NCBI GenBank assembly: GCA_945877515.1
Contig: CAMCSE010000001.1
Coordinates: 615-64,614 of the forward strand
Source: an uncultured Clostridia bacterium
GTDB lineage: Bacteria; Bacillota; Clostridia; Oscillospirales; Oscillospiraceae
Reading direction: 5' to 3'
Length of the DNA: 64,000 nucleotides
Under the pieces are notes generated by a model that saw nothing but the letters and a program-made list of their open reading frames with translations, had not been told where the DNA came from and did no database searches. How positions within the stretch are numbered: position 1 is the first letter of the stretch; every line of letters starts with the position of its first letter. Shown piece by piece: positions 19,204-28,014 of the stretch. A program made the position numbers and the translations under genes.

Positions 19204-19764
19204 TCATTCAACAGCTAGAACTTTCCATGTGGCTCCTGTTTTCACAACAAAGACATCGAGCGTTGTTCGCTCTAATTCATCCTCTCCCTTTATCTTGCAC
19301 TTTACTGTAACGATTTTTGCTGCAGAAATTGTGTCACTGTCAAAAGCGTTCATCCTTTCTAAGGTATCTATCCATTCCCATTCTTCGTCTAGTAGCTTGT
19401 TCATCGAGATATTTTTCACTCTTATTGCTTCTGCCGTAATTTGATACTCACCATAAGCATCCTCAAGTTCTTCTTGCAGATATATATTTGTTTCCTTGTA
19501 ATAATCTCTCCAGGAGTGGATATCCGCATCATACTCGTCGCTAGCTTTTTCAAAAAAACTCTCCTCGTCTATGCAAGGATGGGTAGCACCATTCTTGGAT
19601 AGCCATGTATCATCACGCAGCGAAAAGTGACCGTACGCTTTCGGAGTAGACTGGATCGTAATGGTGGGTCTTGAAAGTGCATTTTCAAAATAGGATGCAT
19701 TCAGCAGATCAAATATCTTGTTAAGATATCCTGCTACCCGGTTATAACTGGTAAGCTCTTTCAT
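19204..19764 (-). pseudogene. In-frame chimera: first ~62 codons of the SprT-like gene fused to an unrelated acidic C-terminal fragment
   Basis: MKELTSY..KNGATH is identical to the N-terminus of 30909..31553, then diverges abruptly at 19579 (PCIDEESFF..FVVKTGATWKVL); HExxH motif lost. Confidence 0.7.
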
Positions 19765-19946
19765 GTCTTTTCTCCTTGATTTAGAGGAGCGGACACGATA
19801 TAATAACCATGCCCGCTCCTTGTTGAGTTGATGGGAAGCTCTTTGCCTGTGGCTTTGGTCGGCATTCAGGCAAGGGGCTTTTCTCATGAAATGGAAAATC
19901 TTCTGCTGGAGATTTGTTTGGTGTACGCCTTGTACACATCGGGCAT
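19579..19946. repeat. Direct repeat copy 1 (of 31368-31735)
   Basis: 368 bp colinear at constant offset 11789, about 13 mismatches by manual count. Confidence 0.95.
19776..19884 (+). ncRNA. Putative cis-antisense RNA with promoter (copy 1)
   Basis: TTGATT-17-TATAAT (19776-19804), then terminator hairpin ending GGGGCTTTT, antisense to the sprT leader. Confidence 0.5.
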
Positions 19947-20070
19947 GATGAGATCAAGGTAAGAGTTCACAAGGGGGAAAAGGATGAGATCAAGGCGTTT
20001 GCAGCATCCAGGGGCTTGAGCCTCAATGAGTTCATTACAACAGCTATACTTGAAGCGATGAACCGTGCGG
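19947..20070 (+). pseudogene. C-terminal fragment of RHH/Arc-like regulator (paralog of 32134..32322)
   Basis: Translates DEIKVRVHKGEKDEIKAFAASRGLSLNEFITTAILEAM vs DEIKVRVHKGDKDRIRAFAQSQGKTVNGFIYDLIRAEM; first 32 nt identical to 32188-32219. Confidence 0.75.
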
Positions 20071-20074
20071 GCAC

Positions 20075-20210
20075 TTAAAACCGAAAGAATTCTTGAAGCA
20101 CCGGAGAACAACTACACCTTAGACAGCGGCGTTTTATGTGCAGCGGATTTTGGTGCTCTGCAGAAACGAATGCGTTTCGTCATTATGGGCATCAAAAAAA
20201 GTATTGCAGC
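20075..20210 (+). pseudogene. Internal fragment of a C5-cytosine DNA methyltransferase
   Basis: YTLDSGVLCAADFGALQKRMRFVIMG matches Dcm-family motif VIII (LNAxxFGVPQxRxR). Confidence 0.7.
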
Positions 20211-20211
20211 C

Positions 20212-20280
20212 AAGAATCCCTGCTTTCGTTGCCTGAAAGCAGGGGTTCTTTGACAGACTGACCCCCGGCTTTGCCGGGGG
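20212..20280. other. Two hairpins with a possible orphan IS right end between them
   Basis: AAGAATCCCTGCTTTC/GAAAGCAGGGGTTCTT, then TGACAGACTGA, then CCCCCGGC-TTT-GCCGGGGG; resembles IS1182/IS5-type ends from memory; no transposase nearby. Confidence 0.3.
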
Positions 20281-20431
20281 ATATTTATTCTTTTTGCAGT
20301 ATGTCATGTGTATCGTACATCCGTCACGGCAACGTACATTTGACTTTCGAGCATCTGGGACGATACCCGTCCGTTTTTGCTGGACTGTTCAATCAGTCCG
20401 GTGCTTTTTTATAGTGATTTCCTGCAATTTT

Positions 20432-21331
20432 TCATACCGTGATGGCCTTTAGCCGCTCGATGAACTCCATGGCGATCTCCGGCAGCACGCGAGAGGGATT
20501 GCTGATATAACCGATCTCGATCTGCCCCAGATCTGTAATAGGAATGCACACCAGCTCCCGGCGCTGATCCTCTCGGGTCAGATATCCGGAGCCGGTCACA
20601 TACGCCCTGCTCTGGGCGAGCAGTGAATAAGCCATGGCCCGGTCTGACACGGAAATGATCTGCTGCCGCGGATCCCACTGACGATGCGTGGTGGTAAAGC
20701 GGGGGGATGATGGGTTGCACTCTTCGTAAGAGATAAAGGGATAGGCCTGAATATCCCGCAGCGTCACGCTTTTCTGTTTGGCCAACGGGTGCAGCTTGTG
20801 CACATATATGTGCAATTGATCGTATTTCAGATGCTGGAAAAAAATATTGCGCCGATTGCAGGCCTTGATGATGGCGCTGCGGCTGTCGCTGGCAAAAAAC
20901 AGCACGCCAACATCAGCCTGGCTGGTTTCCACATTTTCCAGCACCTGATCCATGTTCCCCTCGAGATACCCCAGCCGGTACTTTTGATTTTCAGGCAGAT
21001 GCACAATGCTCTCAAATGCATCTATGCCTGAAACATGGTGCAAAGAAGCGACGCAAAAATACTCTCGCTCCCCGCGCCGGTGCTTATATTTGTTATCCAG
21101 ATCCTGATATAGGCTCGCCAGTAATTGCGTATCCTTCAAAAACTCCTCTCCCTGATGTGTCAGGGAGATCCCCTTGCTGTTGCGCTCAAAAAGCTCCATG
21201 TCATATTCGTCCTCAAGGTTTCGGATGGATTCTGACAGGCTGGACTGGGAGATGAACAGCATTTTCGCCGCCTTACCGATAGATCCCGCCTCGCTGACGG
21301 TTCGGATATAAAGAATCTGCTTTAATGTCAT
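20432..21331 (-). CDS. LysR-family transcriptional regulator
   Basis: MTLKQILY..GSIGKAAKMLFISQSSLSESIRNLE..LFERNSKGISLT..G; 299 aa; divergent from ABC operon. Confidence 0.95.
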   Translation of the reverse strand: MTLKQILYIRTVSEAGSIGKAAKMLFISQSSLSESIRNLEDEYDMELFERNSKGISLTHQGEEFLKDTQLLASLYQDLDNKYKHRRGEREYFCVASLHHVSGIDAFESIVHLPENQKYRLGYLEGNMDQVLENVETSQADVGVLFFASDSRSAIIKACNRRNIFFQHLKYDQLHIYVHKLHPLAKQKSVTLRDIQAYPFISYEECNPSSPRFTTTHRQWDPRQQIISVSDRAMAYSLLAQSRAYVTGSGYLTREDQRRELVCIPITDLGQIEIGYISNPSRVLPEIAMEFIERLKAITV

Positions 21332-21515
21332 CGATTATCCCTCACACAAACACAAAAATTCCCATACACTATTGCTGTTTTGCACAAACGAAAAGTGCCC
21401 TGTATTTCCAATGTTTTCCTGTGTTTTTTCAGGATAACACACAAATAGTCAAAATGCAATTCCTAAAACGAATAGTTTGAACCGGAATTATTTGTTCATT
21501 TTTGATGATAAATAC

Positions 21516-21582
21516 ATCGGAATAACCGATTGGGATGTATCGTTTATTCGTTCTTCAAATTTTGGGAAAGCTACTGTATAAT
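21516..21582 (+). promoter_or_regulatory. LysR binding site and activator-dependent promoter of nucleoside ABC operon
   Basis: ATCGG-AATAA-CCGAT palindrome (T-N11-A) at 21516-21530, degenerate second site ATCGTTTATTCGTT, weak -35 TTCAAA-17-TATAAT. Confidence 0.7.
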
Positions 21583-21626
21583 GTTGACAATGTTCCGGGG
21601 GATTCCGCAAAAAAGGGGGGCGATTC

Positions 21627-23171
21627 GTGATGACGCAATGTTCTCAGTTTTGTGATGAAGCATCGGCAGTTCTGCAATGCATAGACCTGTGCAAATGCTA
21701 TGGCGGCGTTGTACAGGCCAATGATCATATCAACTTTACTCTGCGCCACGGCGAAGTGCATGCATTTTTGGGCGAGAATGGCGCTGGAAAAAGCACGCTC
21801 ATGAAAATGCTCTATGGCATAGAGCAGCCGGATCAAGGGCAAATCATTCTTGCCGGAAAACCGGTGACCTTGAAAAGCCCCGCCGACGCCATCGCCCACG
21901 GCATTGGCATGGTGCATCAGGAGCTGATGCTGATTCCGCATCTTACTGTGTCTGAGAATATCATGCTGGGTCAGGAAATAAAAACCTGGAGTGGACGACT
22001 AAAGCGGCAGGAGGCCAACCGTCAGATTCAGGAATTAGCCGCGTCCTTTGGACTGGATGTAGACCCGGAGGCCCTGGTGGACAAGTTGACCATCGGTCAG
22101 CGGCAGCGAGTGGAAATTGTGAAGCTGCTGTACCGCAAAGCAGACATTCTCATTTTTGACGAGCCCACCGCTCTCCTGACGCCTCAGGAATCAGACGCAC
22201 TGTTTGATGTGCTGCGCCAGTTGCGTAATCTGGGCAAATCCATTGTTTTTATCACCCACAAGCTGCGCGAGGTTTATCAGATCGCGGACCGCATGACAGT
22301 TATCCGGCACGGGCATATCGTGGGCACCACCACCCCGGCAGAAACCCAAATGGGCGAGCTGACCCAAATGATGGTCGGCAAATCAATATCGGCTGGCAGA
22401 CGACAGCCCCACCCCATCGGCAGTGAAACTGTTCTGCAGGTAGAGAATTTGTCCGTGCCCGCCCATGGCGGCGCGCCGGTGAAGGACGTCACTTTTTCCA
22501 TACGGGCCGGCGAGGTATTGGGCGTGGCCGGTATCGAGGGAAATGGCCAAACGCCGCTGGCCCAGGCGTTGATGGGGCTGTGCCAGCCGAGCAGGGGAAG
22601 CATTTATTTGTGTGAGAAGGACATCACCCGTTATTCCACCAAGCAGATCCGCGATGCCGGTATGGGCAGTATCCCCGATGACCGGCAGGGCATGGGCCTA
22701 ATTTTGGGTATGCGGCTGTTTGAGAACACGCTGCTCAATACCTATGACGAAAAGCCCTTTGCGCGAAGCGCGTTATTGGAGGATTGGAATGCTGTCCGGC
22801 AGGATGCGCGAAAAAAGATCTCAGACTATAGCATTGCCGCCACCGAAGAGTCGGTGGTGGGTACCCTTTCCGGAGGCAACCAGCAGAAAATCGTAGTCGC
22901 CCGTGAGCTTGTCCGCGGCTGCCGCCTGCTCGTTGCAGCCCAGCCCACCCGAGGGGTTGACATCGCTTCTGCGGACTATATTCAGCGCCGCATCCTGGAC
23001 GCCGCATCGCAGGGCTGTGCTGTGCTTCTCATATCCAGTGATTTGGATGAACTAATCAAAATTTCTGACCGGATTATGGTTCTCTTCCGGGGCGAAATTA
23101 TGGGTTTTGTAGACGCTGATGCCACTGATCGGGAGGCTCTTGGCCGCATGATGCTGGGCGAACATGTGTGA
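21627..23171 (+). CDS. CUT2/nucleoside ABC transporter ATP-binding protein (two NBDs; NupA/NupO-like)
   Basis: LGENGAGKSTLM, GIGMVHQE, FDEPTA, FITHKL, GIEGNGQ, LSGGNQQK, AQPTRGVD. Confidence 0.92.
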   Translation: MMTQCSQFCDEASAVLQCIDLCKCYGGVVQANDHINFTLRHGEVHAFLGENGAGKSTLMKMLYGIEQPDQGQIILAGKPVTLKSPADAIAHGIGMVHQELMLIPHLTVSENIMLGQEIKTWSGRLKRQEANRQIQELAASFGLDVDPEALVDKLTIGQRQRVEIVKLLYRKADILIFDEPTALLTPQESDALFDVLRQLRNLGKSIVFITHKLREVYQIADRMTVIRHGHIVGTTTPAETQMGELTQMMVGKSISAGRRQPHPIGSETVLQVENLSVPAHGGAPVKDVTFSIRAGEVLGVAGIEGNGQTPLAQALMGLCQPSRGSIYLCEKDITRYSTKQIRDAGMGSIPDDRQGMGLILGMRLFENTLLNTYDEKPFARSALLEDWNAVRQDARKKISDYSIAATEESVVGTLSGGNQQKIVVARELVRGCRLLVAAQPTRGVDIASADYIQRRILDAASQGCAVLLISSDLDELIKISDRIMVLFRGEIMGFVDADATDREALGRMMLGEHV

Positions 23172-23233
23172 AAGCAGTTGATTCTGCTGCCATCAAACCG
23201 GCAGCTTTTAATTAAATTCAAGGAGGAACCAAA

Positions 23234-24283
23234 ATGAAATTCACAGCAAATTTGAAGAAGTGGCTTGCCCTGATGTTATCCGCCTGCATGGTGCTGGCGC
23301 TGGCCGCCTGCGGTCAGCCTGCCGACAAGCAGGATAACGGAGGCGAAGCCGACTCTGACACCACCAAAATTGCCGTCGTGTTTGCTTCCAGCGGACTGGG
23401 TGACAAGTCCTTTAACGATGCCCTTTATAATGGCATGGAGGAAGCAGAAAGCTCCATGGGTATCCAGTGGGTTTATTCTGAGCCTAAGGATGACGCCGAG
23501 TATGAGGGTCTGATTTCCGGCTATGCCGACAGCGGCGACTGCGACCTGATCATCTGCCTGGGCGGCAGCCAGAGTTCCAGTCTGGAGAATGTTGCCCCCA
23601 ACTATCCTGAGCAGAAGTTTGTCATTCTGGATGCCGCTGTGGAAGGCGACAATATCCGCAGCTACACTTGGCGCGACCAGGAGTTGGGTTTCCTAGCAGG
23701 TGTTCTGGGTGCTGGCCTTTCCGACACCAACAAGCTGGGCTTTATCGGTGCCCACGACATTCCTCTGTGCAATCTTGGCGCGGCCGGCATGATTGCAGGC
23801 GCACACTATGTAAACCCTGACTGCGAGGTCCTGGTGGACTATGCCAATGGCTGGGTAGAGGTCAATGGCTGCTATGAATTGGCCACATCCATGAGCGAGC
23901 AGGGTGCCAGCCTCATTTATCACACAGCCAGCGCCGGTGGCCTGGGTATTCTGAACGCCGGTAAGGAAAAGGGCTTTTTGACCATCTTCTTTGATGGCAA
24001 TCTGAATTCCGACGCTCCCCAGACCAACATTGCCAGCGCCATCCGTGACTTCCCCGCCTGCGCCAAGGAAGCCATTCAGGATGTGATCGACGGCAAGTTT
24101 ACCGCCGGTTCCATCGAAAAGGGCATTGCGGAGAGCAGCTTGTATCTGGACTTTGACGGCTCTGAATATCAGATTCCCGCTGAGGTGATGGACAAGTACA
24201 ATGCGGCCGTAGAAGCCATCAAGAGCGGCTCTATTGTTGTTCCCGGCTCGATTGAAGAAGCAAAGGTGTGGAAGGCTGCCTGA
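23234..24283 (+). CDS. BMP-family lipoprotein (PnrA/NupN-like purine nucleoside binding protein)
   Basis: Lipobox LAAC, GLGDKSFND, GFLAG, KLGFIG, GAHYVNPD motifs. Confidence 0.9.
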   Translation: MKFTANLKKWLALMLSACMVLALAACGQPADKQDNGGEADSDTTKIAVVFASSGLGDKSFNDALYNGMEEAESSMGIQWVYSEPKDDAEYEGLISGYADSGDCDLIICLGGSQSSSLENVAPNYPEQKFVILDAAVEGDNIRSYTWRDQELGFLAGVLGAGLSDTNKLGFIGAHDIPLCNLGAAGMIAGAHYVNPDCEVLVDYANGWVEVNGCYELATSMSEQGASLIYHTASAGGLGILNAGKEKGFLTIFFDGNLNSDAPQTNIASAIRDFPACAKEAIQDVIDGKFTAGSIEKGIAESSLYLDFDGSEYQIPAEVMDKYNAAVEAIKSGSIVVPGSIEEAKVWKAA

Positions 24284-24306
24284 TAAGGAGCCCACGTACC
24301 GGACAC

Positions 24307-24337
24307 GGGGCTGAAAACTCCTGCAGCTTTCAGCCCC
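24307..24337 (+). other. Intercistronic hairpin after substrate-binding gene
   Basis: GGGGCTGAAA..TTTCAGCCCC; typical mRNA stabiliser position. Confidence 0.5.
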
Positions 24338-24383
24338 ATGCCTTATTCGCAGATCCATCGGTATCTGCCAAAGGAGGGACACT

Positions 24384-25451
24384 GTGAAAAAATCAAGGAT
24401 CAGATTGTCACTGTTCTCGCTGGTTCTGGCGTTGGTCCTGTTTGGGCTGACGATCCGTTTCACCGGACGGGAACCGTTTGGCGTATACTGGAGCATTCTG
24501 GTCGGCTCTTTCGGCAGCATCAAGAGCTTTTTGAATGTATTGGCCTATACTCTGCCTCTGATCATGACCGGTCTTGGTGCGGCAGTTGCGTTTCAGAGCG
24601 GCGTCTTCAACATCGGTGGTGAAGGTCAGGTGCTGGTGGGCGGCCTTGCTTCAGTCATTGTAGGCCTGACGGTGCCGCTCCCGGCTCCGTGGGGCTATCT
24701 GCTGGCACTGCTGGCGGGTTTTCTGGCGGGAGCCGGTTGGGCGGTTTTGCCCACGCTGTTCGCCGGGCGTAACTTGGCATCCCTGTCCGTAGCCACCATT
24801 ATGATGAACTCGATTGCCTCTTTGCTGACGGAGTATATTGTCAAGACTTTTTTTCAGCGTCCGGGGGCCAGCAACACAGAAACCATGGTGGTAAACGAGG
24901 GCAGCATCCTACCCCGTTTTTTTCCCAGCACCCAGTTCAATTATGGCATTTTCGTGGCGCTGATTTGCGTGGCATCGGTCACTTGGATGCTGTATAAAAC
25001 TCCCTTCGGCTTTTCCCTGCGGGCCATGGGAGAAAATGCCCGGGCCATGCAGCAGGCAGGCCTGCCTATCTACCGGCGCACACTGGTCGCTATGTTTATC
25101 AGCGGCGGCCTCTTTGCGTTGGGCGGCTCCATCCAGTGCCTGGCAGTGTATAAGCGTTTTGTCATGGGCTTTTCTCCCGGCTATGGGTGGGACGGCATCA
25201 CCGTTGCCACTCTTGCCATGAATTCCCCCGTCGGAGTGTTACTGTCGGCATTTCTGTTCGGTATGCTGCGCTCCGCCTCTATCAGCATGAGCCTGACCAG
25301 TCAGGTTACAACTGAGATGATTTCTGTCCTGCAGGGTCTGATCGTCATGCTTGTGGCATCCCCTGATGTTTGGAATGTGCTGGATCATCTGCTGCAGTGG
25401 CTCAAACTGCGGATAGGCCATCCGGGCAAAACGAAAGGAGCTGCCGAATAA
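24384..25451 (+). CDS. Nucleoside ABC permease 1 (NupP-like)
   Basis: PLIMTGLG, GVFNIGGEGQ, GFSLRAMGEN, GYGWDGITVA. Confidence 0.9.
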   Translation: MKKSRIRLSLFSLVLALVLFGLTIRFTGREPFGVYWSILVGSFGSIKSFLNVLAYTLPLIMTGLGAAVAFQSGVFNIGGEGQVLVGGLASVIVGLTVPLPAPWGYLLALLAGFLAGAGWAVLPTLFAGRNLASLSVATIMMNSIASLLTEYIVKTFFQRPGASNTETMVVNEGSILPRFFPSTQFNYGIFVALICVASVTWMLYKTPFGFSLRAMGENARAMQQAGLPIYRRTLVAMFISGGLFALGGSIQCLAVYKRFVMGFSPGYGWDGITVATLAMNSPVGVLLSAFLFGMLRSASISMSLTSQVTTEMISVLQGLIVMLVASPDVWNVLDHLLQWLKLRIGHPGKTKGAAE

Positions 25452-26401
25452 TGGATTTCTGGATTTCCTTTGCAAACTTTTTTGCCTCCGCCATACGCCT
25501 CACCGCACCCATCGCCTTGGGTACGTTGGCTTGTACGATCAGCGAGCGTGCCGGTGTGATCAACATTGGTATTGAAGGAACCATGCTTTTCAGCGGCTTC
25601 TGTGCCGCAGTGGGTACCTACTATATCGGCAGCCCCTGGGTCGGACTGCTGTGCGGCTGTATGGCAGGCGCTCTGCTGGCTGTTATTTTGGGCCTGCTGG
25701 CCATCTACTGCAATGGCCAGCATATCGTCATCGGCATCGGTTTAAACCTGTTCGGACCGGGCTTTGCCTATATGATGATGCGTTCCCTGTGGGATACGAC
25801 GGGCATTTCTCCCTGGATTGCCGGGTTTCAGACGTTAACTATCCCTGGTATTGCCTCTATCCCTGTTCTGGGCACTATGCTTAGCGGTTACCCCGCCTGC
25901 GTATATCTGGGTTTTTTAGCGGTGGCCATTATGCAGTATCTGCTGAAAAAGACAGCCTGGGGTCTGCGAGTGTGTGCTGTCGGTGAAAATCCTGCCGCTG
26001 TAGCAACCCTTGGGATCAATGTCTACCATCTGCGTATGCAAGCCGTGGTATTGGGCGGTGTGTTCGCCGGAATGGCCGGAGCTGTCATGTGCCTGAGTTC
26101 GGCCAATGTCTTTGTCAATGACATGTCCGCCGGAACCGGGTTCATGGCTTTTGCCGCCAACCAATTTGGCCAGTGGTCGCCGGTAGGCGGGTATTTTGCC
26201 ACACTGCTCTTTGGTGTCATGTCCGCACTGCGGATGCGCCTGCAGAGCTTTGGCGTAGCTACGCAGCTGACCCAGATGATGCCCTATCTGGCGGCTCTTA
26301 TCGGCATCAAACTTACCGGCATGCGGATGCGTGCTCCGGCGGCCAACGGCGCTCCCTATGCCCATCCGCTGTCCATGCCTTGCAAGCAGCGCGGAAAATG
26401 A
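25451..26401 (+). CDS. Nucleoside ABC permease 2 (NupQ-like)
   Basis: ERAGVINIGIEG, GENPAA..TLGINV, GTGFMAFAA..FGQW, PYL; TAATG translational coupling at 25449-25453. Confidence 0.9.
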   Translation: MDFWISFANFFASAIRLTAPIALGTLACTISERAGVINIGIEGTMLFSGFCAAVGTYYIGSPWVGLLCGCMAGALLAVILGLLAIYCNGQHIVIGIGLNLFGPGFAYMMMRSLWDTTGISPWIAGFQTLTIPGIASIPVLGTMLSGYPACVYLGFLAVAIMQYLLKKTAWGLRVCAVGENPAAVATLGINVYHLRMQAVVLGGVFAGMAGAVMCLSSANVFVNDMSAGTGFMAFAANQFGQWSPVGGYFATLLFGVMSALRMRLQSFGVATQLTQMMPYLAALIGIKLTGMRMRAPAANGAPYAHPLSMPCKQRGK

Positions 26402-26421
26402 ATGAAGAAGGGAACAGGTAC

Positions 26422-27192
26422 ATGAATACAATTACATTTCACGAATTCAGGTTTATCCTGCACCTGAAGGATTACGACAGCGGCGTGTTTTTCTACCGGG
26501 AGGTTCTTGGCCTGCAGCCAAATTACAACTGGGCCATCGTCCCGGATCAGAAAGGCTATCGGTTTTATACAGGAAATGGTCGTCTGGAAATCATCCAGAT
26601 CCCCTTTCTGCCCAAGCAGGGTGTCAGCGAGTTTATGGCCGAGTGTGTTGATTTGTCTCTGTGCATGGAGCGCATCCGGGAAGAATTGCCGGACGTTGAC
26701 ATACTCTCTCAAACGGAGGGTCAGGTTACTCTGCGTGACAGCGGCGGCAATGTCGTGCACCTGCTGCAGAGCGCTGAGAGCACCGGCGGTGCCGATGTAG
26801 ACAAAACCGATATGTTCTCCGGTCAATTTACCGGTGTGCTTTACCAAGATGACCTGTCCGCGGCAGAGGATTTTTACTGCGCGCAACTGGGTCTTCCGCT
26901 GCTTCAACGCCGGCAGGATGCCCTGCTGGTGCAGGCAGGCGATGCCCATCTGCTGCTGCTCCGCCGCCCGGATGGCTGCACCATGGGGCCGTCTATGGTC
27001 GGATTGGAGGCCAGCAGCGTCAACAAGCTGTATGACCGGCTGAGCAAGCGCACAGATTACCGGGAGGCCGGAGTTCTGCGTGACACGGATTTTGATGCAC
27101 GGCGCCTGTTTCAGCTTTATGATCCCAGCAACAATGTGGTTGAAATCTATGCCTACCTGCGCAATGTACGGGAAGAAATTCTGATGCACTGA
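26422..27192 (+). CDS. Tandem two-domain VOC (glyoxalase/bleomycin resistance fold) protein 1
   Basis: FYREVLGL..RDSGGNVVHL and DFYCAQLGL..YDPSNNVVEI repeats. Confidence 0.82.
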   Translation: MNTITFHEFRFILHLKDYDSGVFFYREVLGLQPNYNWAIVPDQKGYRFYTGNGRLEIIQIPFLPKQGVSEFMAECVDLSLCMERIREELPDVDILSQTEGQVTLRDSGGNVVHLLQSAESTGGADVDKTDMFSGQFTGVLYQDDLSAAEDFYCAQLGLPLLQRRQDALLVQAGDAHLLLLRRPDGCTMGPSMVGLEASSVNKLYDRLSKRTDYREAGVLRDTDFDARRLFQLYDPSNNVVEIYAYLRNVREEILMH

Positions 27193-27210
27193 CAGCGGAA
27201 AGGAAAAAAC

Positions 27211-28014
27211 ATGTGGCGCAAAGAATACAGAATTGTTTATTACTCCTGGGAGTTTGATACGCTTCAATCCTTTTATCGGGATTTGCTGCGCCTGCCGCAG
27301 ATGTACGGCTGGTACACAAGCCCGATAGACCGCGGCTGCAAGTTTAAAATCGGTGACAACCGGCTGGAACTGATTTGCCGTCATCCCACCCTCCCCCAGG
27401 GCCCGGCTGGCATGCGTCTGGAAGCCCGGGACATTGAACTGTGCTATAAAAATCTGAAATCTCAGCCCCGGGTCACAGTCATCCGCCCTCTACAGGAACA
27501 TCCCTGGGGCGAATACAGCTTCTGCATCAAAGATCCTGTGGGTAATTGGGTAGAGATCTATCAGCGTGCAGAGGATTACAGTCCTGCGGGCCCTGATGAC
27601 GGCAGCTGTTATTTCACTGACGAGTATACCGCTATTCTCTTTGCCAGAGATTTGGAAAAAATTACCGTTTTTTATCGCGACTCTATGCAGATGCCCGTGA
27701 TAGCTTCCTGGGACCGTGGGCCTGAGGATCGAGGCTATCGTCTGCGCTCCGCAGGCGGCTATACTGACATCCGCCAAATGACGGAAAACACCCCCCAAGG
27801 CCCGGCGTTGACTACCATCGAGGCAGAGGATGTAAACGCGTGCTTCGACTGGCTCTCTCAACGGGAGGACGTTCAGGTGCTTCTGGGCTTAACAGATACA
27901 TGGTACGGAGACCGAATCTTTCAGATCTGTGACGAAGAGAAAAACGTGGTGGAAGTTCTCGCCTATCGCCGCAACATGAAAGCCCAAGATTTGGCCAGAA
28001 AAGGTGGGAAATGA
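27211..28014 (+). CDS. Tandem two-domain VOC protein 2
   Basis: FYRDLLRL..PWGEYSFCIKDPVGNWVEI and FYRDSMQM..WYGDRIFQICDEEKNVVEV. Confidence 0.85.
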   Translation: MWRKEYRIVYYSWEFDTLQSFYRDLLRLPQMYGWYTSPIDRGCKFKIGDNRLELICRHPTLPQGPAGMRLEARDIELCYKNLKSQPRVTVIRPLQEHPWGEYSFCIKDPVGNWVEIYQRAEDYSPAGPDDGSCYFTDEYTAILFARDLEKITVFYRDSMQMPVIASWDRGPEDRGYRLRSAGGYTDIRQMTENTPQGPALTTIEAEDVNACFDWLSQREDVQVLLGLTDTWYGDRIFQICDEEKNVVEVLAYRRNMKAQDLARKGGK

